Origin: Eledone cirrhosa
Taxonomy: Eukaryota
NCBI GenBank assembly: GCA_964016885.1
Contig: OZ024764.1
Span: 28,458,001-28,522,000, forward strand
Length of the DNA: 64,000 nucleotides
Reading direction: 5' to 3'
Part shown: piece after piece, positions 15,776-30,550 of the stretch
How the letters are laid out: each line of letters begins with the position of its first letter
How positions within the stretch are numbered: the stretch's first letter is position 1
Translations under genes and position numbers: made by a program
Notes under the pieces: model-generated
What the model was told of the DNA's origin: nothing
The model's input: only the letters and a program-made list of their open reading frames with translations
Databases searched by the model: none

Positions 15776-17085
15776 GATGGAGTACGTATCACGGAGAGTT
15801 GCTCCAAGTAGGGACTCTGCTTCTCCGAATTAAGAGATCTCCGATACTATGGGCATGTGGTTAAAATGTCTGAGGAAAGAATCTCTGAATTGAGAGATCA
15901 CAGCTCTGATACTACAAACATGTGGTTAGAATGTCTGAGGAAAGAATCTCTGAATTGAGAGATCACAGCTCTGATAATACAGACATGTACGTGGATCACA
16001 GCTCTGATACTATAGACACGTGGTTAGAATGTCTCAGGAAAGAATCTCTGAATTGAGAGATCACAGCTCTGATACTACAGACATGTGGTTAAAATGTCTG
16101 AGGAAAGAATCTCTGAATTGAGAGATCACAGCTCTAATACTACAAACATGTGGTTAGAATGTCTCAGGAAAGAATCTCTGAATTGAGAGATCACAGCTCT
16201 GATACTACAGACATGTGGTTAGAATGTCTGAGGAAAGAATCTCTGAATTGAGAGATCACAGCTCTAATACTACAGACATGTGGTTAGAATGTCTGAGGAA
16301 AAGATCTCTGAATTGAGAGACCACAGCTCTAATACTACAGACATGTGGTTAGAATGTCTGAGGAAAGAATCTCTGAATTGAGAGATCACAGCTCTGATGC
16401 TACAGACATGTGGTTAGAATGTCTCAGGAAAGAATCTCTGAATTGAGGGATCACAGCTCTGATACTACAGACATGTGATTAGAATGTCTCAGGAAAGAAT
16501 CTCTGAATTGAGAGATCACAGCTCTGATACTACAGACATGTGGTTGAAATGTCTCAGGAAAGAATCTCTGGATTGAGAGATCACAGCTCTGATACTACAG
16601 ACATGTGGTTAGAATGTCTGAGGAAAGAATCTCTGAATTGAGAGATCACAGCTCTGATACTACAGACATGTGGTTAGAATGTCTGAGGAAAGAATCTCTG
16701 AATTGAGAGATCACAGCTCTGATGCTACAGACATGTGGTTAGAATGTCTCAGGAAAGAATCTCTGAATTGAGGGATCACAGCTCTGATACTACAGACATG
16801 TGGTTGGAATGTCTCAGGAAAGAATCTCTGAATTGAGAGATCACAGCTCTGATACTACAGACATGTGGTTAGAATGTCTCAGGAAAGAATCTCTGAATTG
16901 AGAGATCACAGCTCTGATACTACAGACATGTGGTTAGAATGTCTCAGGAAAGAATCTCTGAATTGAGAGATCACAGCTCTGATACTACAGACATGTGGTT
17001 AGAATGTCTCAGGAAAGAATCTCTGGATTGAGAGATCACAGCTCTGATACTACAGACATGTGATTAGAATGTCTCATTAAAGAAT
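15776..17085 (+). repeat. 65-bp RTE-derived satellite (~19 copies) preceded by upstream RTE sequence
   Basis: Period 65 (tggtt at 16021, 16086, 16151); same unit as the 13027 array. Confidence 0.92.
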
Positions 17086-17147
17086 ATGCATGTGCGCATG
17101 TATTTATATATATGTGTGTAATAGTGGTGGTGGTTGTAGTAGTGATG

Positions 17148-17223
<76 letters not shown>

Positions 17224-17609
17224 CAATTTATGTGATTGATCGTGATGGAGATGTTTTAGTGGTGGTGGTGGTGGTGGTGGAGATGGTTTAGTGGTGATGA
17301 TGGTGATGCCGGTGGTTATGGTGAAGGTGATAGTGGTGGTGGTGGTGGTGGTGGTGGTTAGGGTAGCGGCGATGGTGGTGGATGTGGTAGATGTGAGGGA
17401 AGGGGGTGGTGGTATTTAACACCAGAAAAGGGATTGATACGATTCCACTTGAAGTGAATCCCACAGCACACATAACTGCCTCTGCATGCTTGCACACGTG
17501 TATATATATGTATATATATATATATGTGTGTGTATATATATATATATGTGTGTGTCTGTATATATATATATGTATGTGTATGTATGTTTGTATCAATGTA
17601 TGTGTATAT

Positions 17610-17642
<33 letters not shown>

Positions 17643-17683
17643 AGATAAATATTAATAAAATAGATGTTCTTTTGATCAATTAC

Positions 17684-17736
17684 ATTTTATTATACATATT
17701 TCGGATGTACAACAGCACGTCCTCATCAGATAAAAT
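17684..17736 (-). ncRNA. Minimal type I hammerhead ribozyme with intact core
   Basis: Minus strand: attttat-CTGATGA-ggacgtgc(tgtt)gtacatcc-GAAA-tatgta-TA-ataaaat, with a 7-bp stem I; lies in element 17642-17920. Confidence 0.8.
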
Positions 17737-17919
17737 ATAATGATACATGACATACCCTGAGATGTTAAATGGTTAAGATTTAATCAAGGTAGTATTTATT
17801 TTTATTAATATTTATATTCTAATATTAATAACTCCGGAAAATTATTACACGTAGGGTGCTTCCAATCTACTGTAAAACTCATTCTTTGATATACTCATTG
17901 AATTTTGTTTAACTCTTCA

Positions 17920-17996
<77 letters not shown>

Positions 17997-18047
17997 TATA
18001 TATATTTATATGTATGTGTGGGTATGTATCTATATATATATAGGCGC

Positions 18048-18098
<51 letters not shown>

Positions 18099-18309
18099 TG
18101 TGTGTGTTTCTATGTATGTATGTATATATGTATGTATGCATGTGAGTGTATATATATATATATATATATATACATGTGTGTGTACAGGTATTTATATATA
18201 TATATGTATGTGTGTGTGTATGTGTGTCTGTCTGTATGCATATATATACATATATATATATGTATATATGCATGTGTGTGTGCATGTATTTATATATATA
18301 TAATCGCGC

Positions 18310-18381
<72 letters not shown>

Positions 18382-18589
18382 ATGCGTATTTGTGTGCATA
18401 TATATGTAACCGAGTATATATGTATATACATATATATATATACATATATATGTATGTATGCATATCTGTGTGTTTGTGCTCGAATGTGTGTGTATACACA
18501 CACGTATGTGTGTGTATGTGTATAAACATATGTATATTATCGTGTAACATCTCAAACATCAGACATCTACACCTAAACATATGTATATA

Positions 18590-18915
<326 letters not shown>

Positions 18916-18939
18916 ATATATATATATATATATATATGC

Positions 18940-18981
<42 letters not shown>

Positions 18982-19171
18982 ATATATATTGATGTGTATG
19001 TATGTAGTGTATATATGTGCGTGGTCGTGTATGCACATCCATGTGTATGCGTGTTTGCTTTTAATGTACGTTGAAGTATGTCGTTTTGCATGTATGTTTT
19101 AAATGTGTATATATATATTAACACGTGTGTATATAGCTCTCTCTCTCTCACTCTCTCTTTCTCTCTCTGTC

Positions 19172-19204
<33 letters not shown>

Positions 19205-19294
19205 ATGTGTATATTTTTATAAATACATACACATATATTTATATATATATATATATATATATATTGTGTGTGTGTGTGTATATGTATTTGTCTG

Positions 19295-19325
<31 letters not shown>

Positions 19326-19366
19326 CTGTGTGTGTGTATGTATTTATCTGTGTATATGTATATGTG

Positions 19367-19397
<31 letters not shown>

Positions 19398-19419
19398 GTA
19401 TATATTTTTATATATACAT

Positions 19420-19531
<112 letters not shown>

Positions 19532-19555
19532 TACATATATATATATATATATATA

Positions 19556-19610
<55 letters not shown>

Positions 19611-20175
19611 CGTATTTATATGTGTGTGTAATAACAACATTGATAAAGTTTGGGTGATGTTATGTTGGGTGACGTCACAAACGGTTGAGGGGGGAGAGAA
19701 GAGAGAGGAGGAGAAGAAGGATAATAGAGACTATATAGAGAGAGAGAGAGGTGGAGGGGCAGAGACGTGGACGAGGAAGGGTGGAAGGGAAAGAAGAAAG
19801 GAGCAAGGAAGGAGTAGTAAGAGTAAGAGAGGAGAAGTGACAGGTAAAACTTTGAGCAACAACAACAACAACAACAACAGCGATAATGTCGTCGGCAGCC
19901 ATGTTGAAACAAATTTTCAACGCTGGTTTGATGTCAACCGAAAATTTTTCGTTGAAGATGGTGTCACAGTTAAGTGACCCGTGCCACATTTTGTGAGGTG
20001 ACTGATAATGTGCAAATGGCGACACCGTCAGATTTTGAAGAGAGTTAGAAAGCTGTGAGCAGACAACCGTGTCTGCTTATTGTCTGCTGACTGCCTTAGG
20101 AGTCTCTCAATGCGGAATGTATGTGTGTGGTGTTTTTAAGAGACGGTGGTTAAGGAGGGAGGTAGATATATGTGT

Positions 20176-20225
<50 letters not shown>

Positions 20226-20245
20226 GGATAGGTAGATAAATAGAT

Positions 20246-21711
20246 TTCTTTCTTTATTTGCCACAAGAAATGAAACATTACAAGACGTGACGGCGGAGGT
20301 TTTACATAAAAAATGTATAAACTTTAACATTAATAAATTACAATAGATAGCTATATAGACGGATAGATAGATGGATGAATATATAGATCGATAAGTAGAT
20401 AGATAGATTGATAGATAGATATATTGATAGATAGATAGATATCTTTATTTGCCACAAGGGCGCACATGAAATGGGAAAATACAAAGACAATGGCGGGGAT
20501 TTTACATACAGTCGTGTAACAAATTTTTAATATAAAAATATAACAATCGAAATCCCCAATAGGGGCGAGACGTTACAAATGGGTTGTTTAATACCCCGTA
20601 GATAGAACAATCCTCAACTCCAGGAGCATGTTGTGCAAGTGCTCATTTCTTCCTTTCGCTCTCTTCTTTAACCTACAGGTTTATATACAAAGAAGGCCCA
20701 ATTACTCGGGCCATTCTCGCCACATTCACCCACCTTTCAGTAAATTTACTGGGGTACAGGGCCTCTCTCTCCACTCTGATTCTCCTTCTAAAGTGGTACC
20801 TAAAGAAGGGAATCAATTGTTGTCCGGAGAGAAAGGCATCTGTCCTCAGTCCTCTCAATCTCGTCCACCATATCACCTCTTTCACCATAGCCACTATACA
20901 GAGGAAAACCACCTCTCTTTCGTTTTTAAATGAAGGTAGCGGTTTGATCCTTACTATGGACTCGGCAGTCAACTGGATTTGTCCCACACGCGACAGCAGT
21001 TGTTCTGCGTAGTTCCACAGGTCGGTTACGCCCGGTCAGTGTACAATTGCATGCAGGACGGTTTCAATGTCCCGCTCGCATTAGATATTAATAGATATAT
21101 TTCTTTATTAGCCACAGGGGCACAAAAGAAGGGGACAAATACAAAGGGGGAAGTTTACATACAATAAAAACGTGTAAAATGTTATCACAGATGGAATTTA
21201 AAAGTTAGTCGATTTTCCCCAATAGAGGGAGACAGTTTATATGGGTAACACATACCCCCGAAAAAATGTGCAACCCTCATCTCCAGGAGTACGAAGAGCT
21301 TGTACTCCTTTCCTCTCCTCCTTTTCCTCAATCTACAGGCTGATATAGAGAGAAGGCCCATTCACTCGGGCCATTCTCGCCACTTTCACCCACCTTTCAT
21401 AAAACTTGCTGGGGTACAGCACCTCTCTCTCCATCCTGATTCTTCTTCCAAAGTGGTATTTGAAAAAAAGAATCAGTTGTTGGCCGGAGAGAAAGGTGTC
21501 TGACCTCAGCCCTTTCAACCTTGTCCACCATACAACCTCTTTCGCCATAGCTATCACACAAAGGAAAACCGCCTCTCCTTCGTTTTTGAAGGAGGGTGGC
21601 GGTTTGATCATGACAATGGACTCGGTGGTCAACTGGATTGGTCCCACCCGCGACAATAGTCGTTCTACATATCCCCACAGGTCAGTGACGCCCGGGCAGT
21701 GTATGAATGCG
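20246..21711 (-). mobile_element. Three tandem Tx1/L1-like LINE 3' fragments in (GATA)n
   Basis: Ends at 20246, 20443 and 21101 share gtggc(a/t)aataaaga; 20443-21085 and 21101-21711 encode ETVLHAIVH(C)PGVTDLW...FxERWV, a zinc-knuckle C-terminus. Confidence 0.7.
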
Positions 21712-21742
21712 TAGATAGATAGATAGATAGATAAATAAATAA

Positions 21743-21940
21743 CATCCGGCCAGAATTCTCTCACCTCTTACTCTCCAAACCAGCCGTAACTGGCCGCTCA
21801 TACTGATGTTATGGTATTGTTCTCAAAATAAATAATATCAAAATCTCATAGATTCGATAGTATATGAGATATTTATGTAAGGTAAAGCCTTTACCGTGGA
21901 AATATAATAGTATGTATAGAGTAATGTGAATGCTAAAGGG
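21743..21940. mobile_element. Truncated piggyBac-type MITE
   Basis: Ends aaaggg|TTAA; homologous to 58363-58761. Confidence 0.6.
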
Positions 21941-22175
21941 TTAATCGACTTTTCCCTTCTCACCCCCACCCCAAAATTACTGGCCTTGTGCCTATACTAG
22001 AAGTAAATATTTTATGCGGCTCTTTAAGTTCTGAATTCAAATCTCACCGAGGTTAACTTTGCTTTTCGTCCTTACGGAGGAAGTAAAACGTTATTACACC
22101 TCACTGTACTTCATGTTGGCATAGCTTGTGAATCCTGGTAGATAAAGAGAGGTATTTTGTAAAATATTGTTGTTT

Positions 22176-22615
22176 AGGCGTGTGGCTGAGTGGTTAGAGA
22201 ATTGTATTCTCAATCGTGAGGTTGTGAGATCGATTCCTGGACCGGGAGATGCGTTATGTCCTTAAGCAAGACACTTTATTTCCCGTTGCCCCTCCTACCT
22301 GGAGTTGCGACCGATATATAGTATTAGCAATTGTAAAGGCCAACGGAAACATTGTTTCCTCGGTCCGATTTGACAAGCTCCATCCCACTCGTTAAGCGAG
22401 TATATATACACAGGCGCGTGGCTGAGTGGTTAGAGAATTGTATTCGCATTTGTGAGGTTCTGAGTTCGATTCCTGGACCGGGCGATGCGTTATGTCCTTG
22501 AGCAAGACACTTTATTTCACGTTGTTCCTTCTACCTGGAGTTGCGACCGATAGATAGTATTTGACCGATAGATAGTATTTGACCGATAGATAGTATTTGA
22601 CGAAAGTCGATCGAC
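22176..22615 (+). mobile_element. Two tandem tRNA-derived SINE copies (another at 34846-35065)
   Basis: A box tggctgagtgg, B box gttcgattcc, central gtccttgagcaagacacttt. Confidence 0.8.
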
Positions 22616-22663
22616 TCCTTTTGAAAAATATACTCTAGTGCAACTTTATTTAATTGACGCAAT

Positions 22664-22788
22664 TCCTCTGATGATGGTTTGCGTCTCCTACGATTTAATC
22701 AAATTTGATAGTTGTCGATCGATAAACGATTGCTTAGATCAATATTTTAAGTTATTGTTCTTCTGGAATCATGAAATGGCCATAAGGA
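22664..22788 (+). ncRNA. Type I hammerhead with long stem II loop
   Basis: tcct-CTGATGA-tggttt...(~85 nt)...gaatcat-GAAA-TGGCCA-TA-agga; stem III is a perfect palindrome. Confidence 0.55.
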
Positions 22789-22891
22789 TATAAGAATTTT
22801 TCCATAAATATTATGTTGTACTTTTTGTGTGTGTACAAAATACAAAATACTGCACTCTCATAAGTTATATGGCTCTTTCATTCGTTAACCC

Positions 22892-22971
<80 letters not shown>

Positions 22972-22977
22972 GTATAC

Positions 22978-23037
<60 letters not shown>

Positions 23038-23072
23038 GTATGTATATGTATATATATATATATATATGTATG

Positions 23073-23121
<49 letters not shown>

Positions 23122-23226
23122 GTATGTATATGTATATATATATATATATATGTATGTATATGTATATATATATATATATATATGTATGTATATGTATATA
23201 TATATATATATATATGTATGTATATG

Positions 23227-23278
<52 letters not shown>

Positions 23279-23284
23279 TGTATA

Positions 23285-23327
<43 letters not shown>

Positions 23328-23328
23328 A

Positions 23329-23381
<53 letters not shown>

Positions 23382-23662
23382 GTATATATATGTATATATA
23401 TATGTATATATATATATATATATGTATATATATGTATGTATATATATATGTATATATATATATATATATACATATATGTATATATATATATATATATACA
23501 TATATGTATATATATATATATATATGTATATATATGTATGTATATATATGTATATATATATATATGTATATATACATATATGTATATATATGTATGTATA
23601 TATATGTATATATATATATATGTATATATACATATATGTATATATATATATGTATATATATG

Positions 23663-23717
<55 letters not shown>

Positions 23718-23718
23718 G

Positions 23719-23780
<62 letters not shown>

Positions 23781-23796
23781 TATATGTATATATATA

Positions 23797-23840
<44 letters not shown>

Positions 23841-23853
23841 TATATACATATAC

Positions 23854-23889
<36 letters not shown>

Positions 23890-23978
23890 ACCACACTATT
23901 TGTTAGTTCTACAAAAATCCTCCTCAGTCATTTGTAATTGTTTATTTTACCGCCCGCCTTCCTTCTCCCATCTTGTTG

Positions 23979-24077
<99 letters not shown>

Positions 24078-24660
24078 TTTCTCTCTCTCCCTATCTAACT
24101 CTAAATCTCTCTCTATTTATCTAGCTATCGCTCTCTGTCGCTCTCTCCCTCTCTCTCCATCCCTCTCTCTCTCTCTCTAACTGTAAATCTCTCTCTATTT
24201 ATCTAGTTCTCTCTCTCCCTCTCTCTTTCTATCTATCTATCTATCTATCTCTCTCCCCTCTCTCTCACTCTCTCTCTCATTTTTTTAGTCTCCTGATTCT
24301 GTTTTCTATATTTTTTATTGCTATGTGTATCTAATACCTTTTCGATTGCATACACACATACATATATTCACATACACACATACATACATTCACATACACA
24401 CATTCACATACACACATACATACATTCACATACACACACACATACATTCACATACACACACACACACACACAGACACACATATATGCATGTACACACATA
24501 CATATATAAATGTATTTATGTATGTATATATGATAATATACATATATATATATATATATAATTATATATATATATACACAGAAATATATATGTGCATATA
24601 TATATATATACATACACACACTCACACACAGATACACGCACATATATACATATATACGTG

Positions 24661-24705
<45 letters not shown>

Positions 24706-24929
24706 CTATATATATATATATACACACATGCACACGCATACATATACTAACATGCAAACATACATGCACACATATACTCACATATATGTATATACATACA
24801 TATATATATACATATATATATACACGTGCATACATTTATATATATATATATATATACACACACATATATACCTGCACACATACACACACACAGGTATGTG
24901 TACACACTCACATACACACACATACACAA

Positions 24930-24964
<35 letters not shown>

Positions 24965-25807
24965 ATAAGAGAGATAGAATAGAAGAGAAGAAAAAAATTA
25001 AGGGAAAAAATCCCTCTCTGAAAAACATGGATCAGATGTTAGAATTGAACGCAAAATGGAGATGAAAAATTCCATTTAGCCGCCATTTTGTTACACGTTT
25101 ATTTTCACCCTTTTGCTTCGCTTTCTTTCTATTTTTTCTTCTTTATCTTTTAATTTGCTGTTGTTATTGCTATTGTCGCCGTTCTTGTTGTTGTTCATGC
25201 TCTTATTGTTGTTGCTGTTTTAATTTTTCGTTTTTTGGGGGTTTGTTTTTATATCAACCATTTTCTTTTTTTTCGTTTTCGCTTTCGTTTCGTTTCTCTC
25301 CGCCATTTTTCTTTTGTTTATATATTTATATATATATTGTTTGTTACTGTGTTTTTTTTTCTCTCTTCAATATATATATATTTTTTTTGTAATGTTTGCT
25401 GTATTGTTTTTGTTTTGTGCTTTGCTCCCTCACATATCAATTTCTTATGTTTTCTTTTTATATTTTTTATTCTTTCTTTCGTTCCATTTTTTCGTACTAC
25501 ATCTCTCCCCCTTTTTTTTGTTATCTTGTTTCACTTTTTCTTCTCCTCTTCCTTTCTTCTTCTTCTTCTTCTTCTTCTTCTTCTGCTTCTTCCTCTTTCT
25601 TCCTCTTGTTTCTTCTTCTTCTTCTAATTCTCCTCCTTCCTCTTTCTTCTTCTTCTCATTCTTCTTCTTCTCCTTCTCATTCTTCTTCTCCTTCTCATCC
25701 TTCTTCTTCTTCTTCTTTTCTTCTTCTCCTCCTTCTCATTTTTCTTCTTCTTTTCTTCTTCTCCTCTTCTCCTTATTATTATTATTATAAGAATCAAGCT
25801 TCTATAA

Positions 25808-25898
25808 TTTTCGGCGAAAGCAGGGGAGTACGTGGCTCTGATGAACACCAACCAGCGTGAAACAGACTGTCAGCTTCTCTCCCTACTTTCGCCGAAAA
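25808..25898 (+). ncRNA. Type I hammerhead with extended stem I and a GUC cleavage site
   Basis: ggct-CTGATGA(25838)-ac..gt-GAAA-CAGACTG-TC(25871)-agct, closed by ttttcggcgaaag/ctttcgccgaaaa. Confidence 0.75.
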
Positions 25899-26017
25899 GA
25901 AGTGAGTGATATAGTCACTACTTTAAAACCGATAGCGTATGGTCTTCAAAATGTTTTTAGTTAAACATACAGTATATTGTCAAATATACTATACATACAT
26001 TCATATATATATATATA

Positions 26018-26050
<33 letters not shown>

Positions 26051-26052
<2 letters not shown>

Positions 26053-26460
26053 TTCGTTTCTGAATTTGTTTAGCAAGATTCTTTATCTGAAAACGTGTGT
26101 TGAAACCGATATTGTTATATTTTGCGAGGGTCATGTTGCCAATAAGAAACACACGCACCAATTGCTTTCACTTCAATTTATTATAATAAATTTAGGAATT
26201 TATAAATTTCCGGTTGGTGGCGTAGGACAGAACAAAGGAGAGGCACAAAAAAACAAAGAAAAGAATCCCCAATCACTGAAGAGGTCACAGAATGTGTGAC
26301 GAAAGAACTTTGACAATATATAAACAACCATCTGGTTGTAGAACCAACCAACCAACCGGAAATTTATAAATTCCTAAATTTATAAATTTATTATAATAAA
26401 GTGAAGTGAAAACAACTGGTGCGTGTGTTTCTTATTGGCAACATGACCCTCCCAATGTAT

Positions 26461-26466
<6 letters not shown>
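26051..26466 (+). mobile_element. Family B element: hammerhead (26272-26314) flanked by inverted tail copies
   Basis: 26110-26217 is the reverse complement of 26352-26466; (TA)n on both sides. Confidence 0.75.
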
Positions 26467-26512
<46 letters not shown>

Positions 26513-26562
26513 CCTAGCTGTTGAAACGGCCGGAGCTCAGCCGTCGGGGTCCTGACTCTTTT

Positions 26563-26609
<47 letters not shown>

Positions 26610-26621
26610 GTGTGTGTGTCA

Positions 26622-27010
26622 CTATTTAATATAGAAATGGCTTCTACATGACTAGAACTGTTTCATTCGGATGAACTCATAATAATTGTTTCTACTTTTT
26701 GCACAAGGCCAGCAACTACCCCCAGTGTATTACTGGTACTTTATTTTATCGACCCCGTGAGGATGAAAGGGAAAGTGAACGTCGGCGGTATTTGAACTCA
26801 GACTATAAAGGGCCGTAACTCTATGCTGCATAGCATGGCGTCCGACCATCTACCGATACTGCCAATCTCCCGCCCTTGATGAACTCATAATAATGAAACA
26901 GTACTAGTCCTGTAGAAACTAGTTTTGTATAGAATAATAATATTATCACTCTGCTAATGTATTAAGTATCTTTATAAACTATGGTTAATCCCCGTTTTTA
27001 CTCGAGATCT
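26622..27010 (+). mobile_element. Family C fold-back element interrupted by a SINE (26687-26877, -)
   Basis: 17-bp TSD gatgaactcataataat at 26670-26686 and 26878-26894; arms ttctacatgactagaactgtttcatt / aatgaaacagtactagtcctgtagaa. Confidence 0.75.
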
Positions 27011-27204
27011 ACATATATATATGTATATATATATGTGTTTGTGTGTGTGTATATATATATATATGGTGGTGTATGTATACATGTGTATATATGTATGTAC
27101 ATATGTATTTATGTGTATATATATGTACCAATACATATATATGTATATGTCTATATATATATATATATATGTCTGTATACATATATATTTATATATGTGT
27201 GTGC

Positions 27205-27246
<42 letters not shown>

Positions 27247-27450
27247 ATATATATATCTATATGTAGATCTCTTATATATATTGTATGTATATATATTGTA
27301 TGTATGTATGTATGTATATATATATATATATATATATCTATATGTAGATCTCTTATATATATTGTATGTATATATATTGTATGTATGTATGTATGTATAT
27401 ATATATATATATATGTAGATCTCTTATATATATTGTATGTATATATATTG

Positions 27451-27501
<51 letters not shown>

Positions 27502-27518
27502 GTGTGTGTGCATGTGTG

Positions 27519-27565
<47 letters not shown>

Positions 27566-27586
27566 GTGTGTGCTTGTATGTATGTG

Positions 27587-27629
<43 letters not shown>

Positions 27630-28183
27630 CTGTGTGTGTATATAACAGAAGTCAAGGTGATGTGAAAAACATATAAAACTAAAACATGGCTAAGACAACG
27701 AACTGTCACAGCGCTGCTGAAGATGTGACAAGCGAGTCTTTTGTATGTTATCTGAAACTATTCATGCGTTCGGATAAATGATAACGGTACGGTAAAGAGA
27801 ATCGAAGCGTTCTGTATATATTACGGTGTTGTAGTTGTTGTTGTCGTCGTGTTACTGTGTTGTGGAAAATTGGTTGAGTGTAGTGACAGCAAAAATGGCG
27901 GCTGCGACAACGAAGAGCTAGTGTAGCTGTTTAGTTTTTTTTTGTTTTTTTTGTCTTATGGTTGTTGGTTGTTTTATGAGGGTTTTTTATGGTTTATTTT
28001 ATGTAAAGGTTGAGGGATGACTGAGGCGTGAAAGAAGGGAGATAATTGAGCAGAAATAATCGGCAAAAAAAAACACCGTCAAGAACAAATGAAGAATTTT
28101 CTCGTGGTGTGCTGTGGAGCGGTGGTTGTGGTGACGCCATTGAATGAACTCTACGTGTGTATATATATATATATATGTATATA

Positions 28184-28261
<78 letters not shown>

Positions 28262-28451
28262 ATATATATATGTGTATATATATATAGGTAAATTATATGA
28301 GTTGACGATGCAACTGTATACATATGTCCGTGTGTATGTATGTATATACATACATATATATATATACACACACACATATATATATATATATACGTATATA
28401 TAAATATTTATATAGAGAGAGAGAGACACGTATATGCATATATATACACAG

Positions 28452-28486
<35 letters not shown>

Positions 28487-28660
28487 CACACACACACACA
28501 CATATATATATATGCATTTATATAAATATATATATATAGATACATACATATATATATATATATATAAATATATATGTATATATATATATATATATATATA
28601 AATATATATGTATATATATATATATAAATATATATGTATATATATATATATATATAAATA

Positions 28661-28724
<64 letters not shown>

Positions 28725-28756
28725 TATATGTATATATATATATATATATATAAATA

Positions 28757-28825
<69 letters not shown>

Positions 28826-28877
28826 TTCGCTTCGCTTTTCCTTTCCGCCGAAATGCGATTCTCGCTGAATCTTTATT

Positions 28878-28920
<43 letters not shown>

Positions 28921-29123
28921 GTATATATATATATATGTATATATATATGTATATATATATACATATACGCTGAGATACAACCGGTCCTGGCATTGACAAA
29001 TATGCTGGGTCCATCAACTCCTTATCATATATATATATATATATCCATATAATTTCTTTGGGAAATTACATCTGACGTGTTTGCGTTTATGAAACCATTG
29101 GTCAAACGATACACACACACACA

Positions 29124-29185
<62 letters not shown>

Positions 29186-29188
<3 letters not shown>

Positions 29189-29370
29189 CGAAGGAAATGT
29201 GGTAAGGAACCAGATGGACCATAACGCACCAAAGTACTCAAAACTTAGGGTTGTAGAGTGGGTAATAGGAACGACTAGGACCCCGACGGTAGAGCTTAAG
29301 CCGTTTCGGCGGCTAATTCTGGACTAGCCGTCGAAAGGGCTTGAGCTCAGCCGTCGGGGTCCCACTCGTT

Positions 29371-29374
<4 letters not shown>
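29186..29374 (-). mobile_element. Family A element
   Basis: Same hairpin and tail as 3312-3517; lies in (TA)n. Confidence 0.8.
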
Positions 29375-29411
<37 letters not shown>

Positions 29412-29420
29412 ATATATACA

Positions 29421-29463
<43 letters not shown>

Positions 29464-29478
29464 ATATATACATATATA

Positions 29479-29533
<55 letters not shown>

Positions 29534-29558
29534 ATATATACATGTATATATATACATG

Positions 29559-29609
<51 letters not shown>

Positions 29610-29638
29610 ATATATACATGTATATATATACATATATA

Positions 29639-29763
<125 letters not shown>

Positions 29764-29806
29764 ATATATACATGTATATATATACATGTATATATATACA
29801 TATATA

Positions 29807-29870
<64 letters not shown>

Positions 29871-29873
29871 TAC

Positions 29874-29934
<61 letters not shown>

Positions 29935-30068
29935 TACATATACATATATATATAGATATATATATACATACATACACACACATATATATATAACTATCTA
30001 TATATATCTATATATATATATAGATATATATATACATACATACACACACATATATATATAACTATCTA

Positions 30069-30102
<34 letters not shown>

Positions 30103-30105
<3 letters not shown>

Positions 30106-30550
30106 TGGCTGCCAACTCGTTTTCGAGTACGGCCACTACTTTATATCCATGTAGGAGAACCCCTACCGATGCGCTGAACGAGTGTGACTTTTTAGTCCAG
30201 CCAGCGACTTGAAAACTCTGGTACAAACACTACACTTGTGACAATTATTGACACATAGTGCTGGGCCCATGGTACCATGTGACGACAAGTGCAGAGAGAT
30301 CTCCAGATATAAAGCAATGCCTGTGTCGTGAAGCTTTTATAGTGAGCAAAGGCACTGCACAAAGCCGGTCCCACTCTCTTAACCAAGATGATATTTACCA
30401 AAAAGAAGAACAAGTCAACATCATTGGATACCATCAGGGTTGCAGGTGTTATATCAGAGTTTTCCTTCTCCTAGAATTCTGCCTTGACAAAGGCTAAAGG
30501 GTCATCTCTCCCAGTGATTTTGGATGGCCATTGACTCTTAAGAGGTCCTT

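Noticed and set aside
15826-17085. 65-bp array as a CRISPR array or tandem retrozyme (CTGATAC...AGACAT/ATGTCT...GAAA)
   Set aside because: No unique spacers; the core is not CUGANGA and stem I is absent; the unit translates as RTE ORF2.
22176-22250. tRNA genes at SINE heads
   Set aside because: A/B boxes run into SINE bodies and no acceptor stem closes.
27717-27760. CTGAAGA...GAAA as a hammerhead
   Set aside because: No convincing stems I and III.
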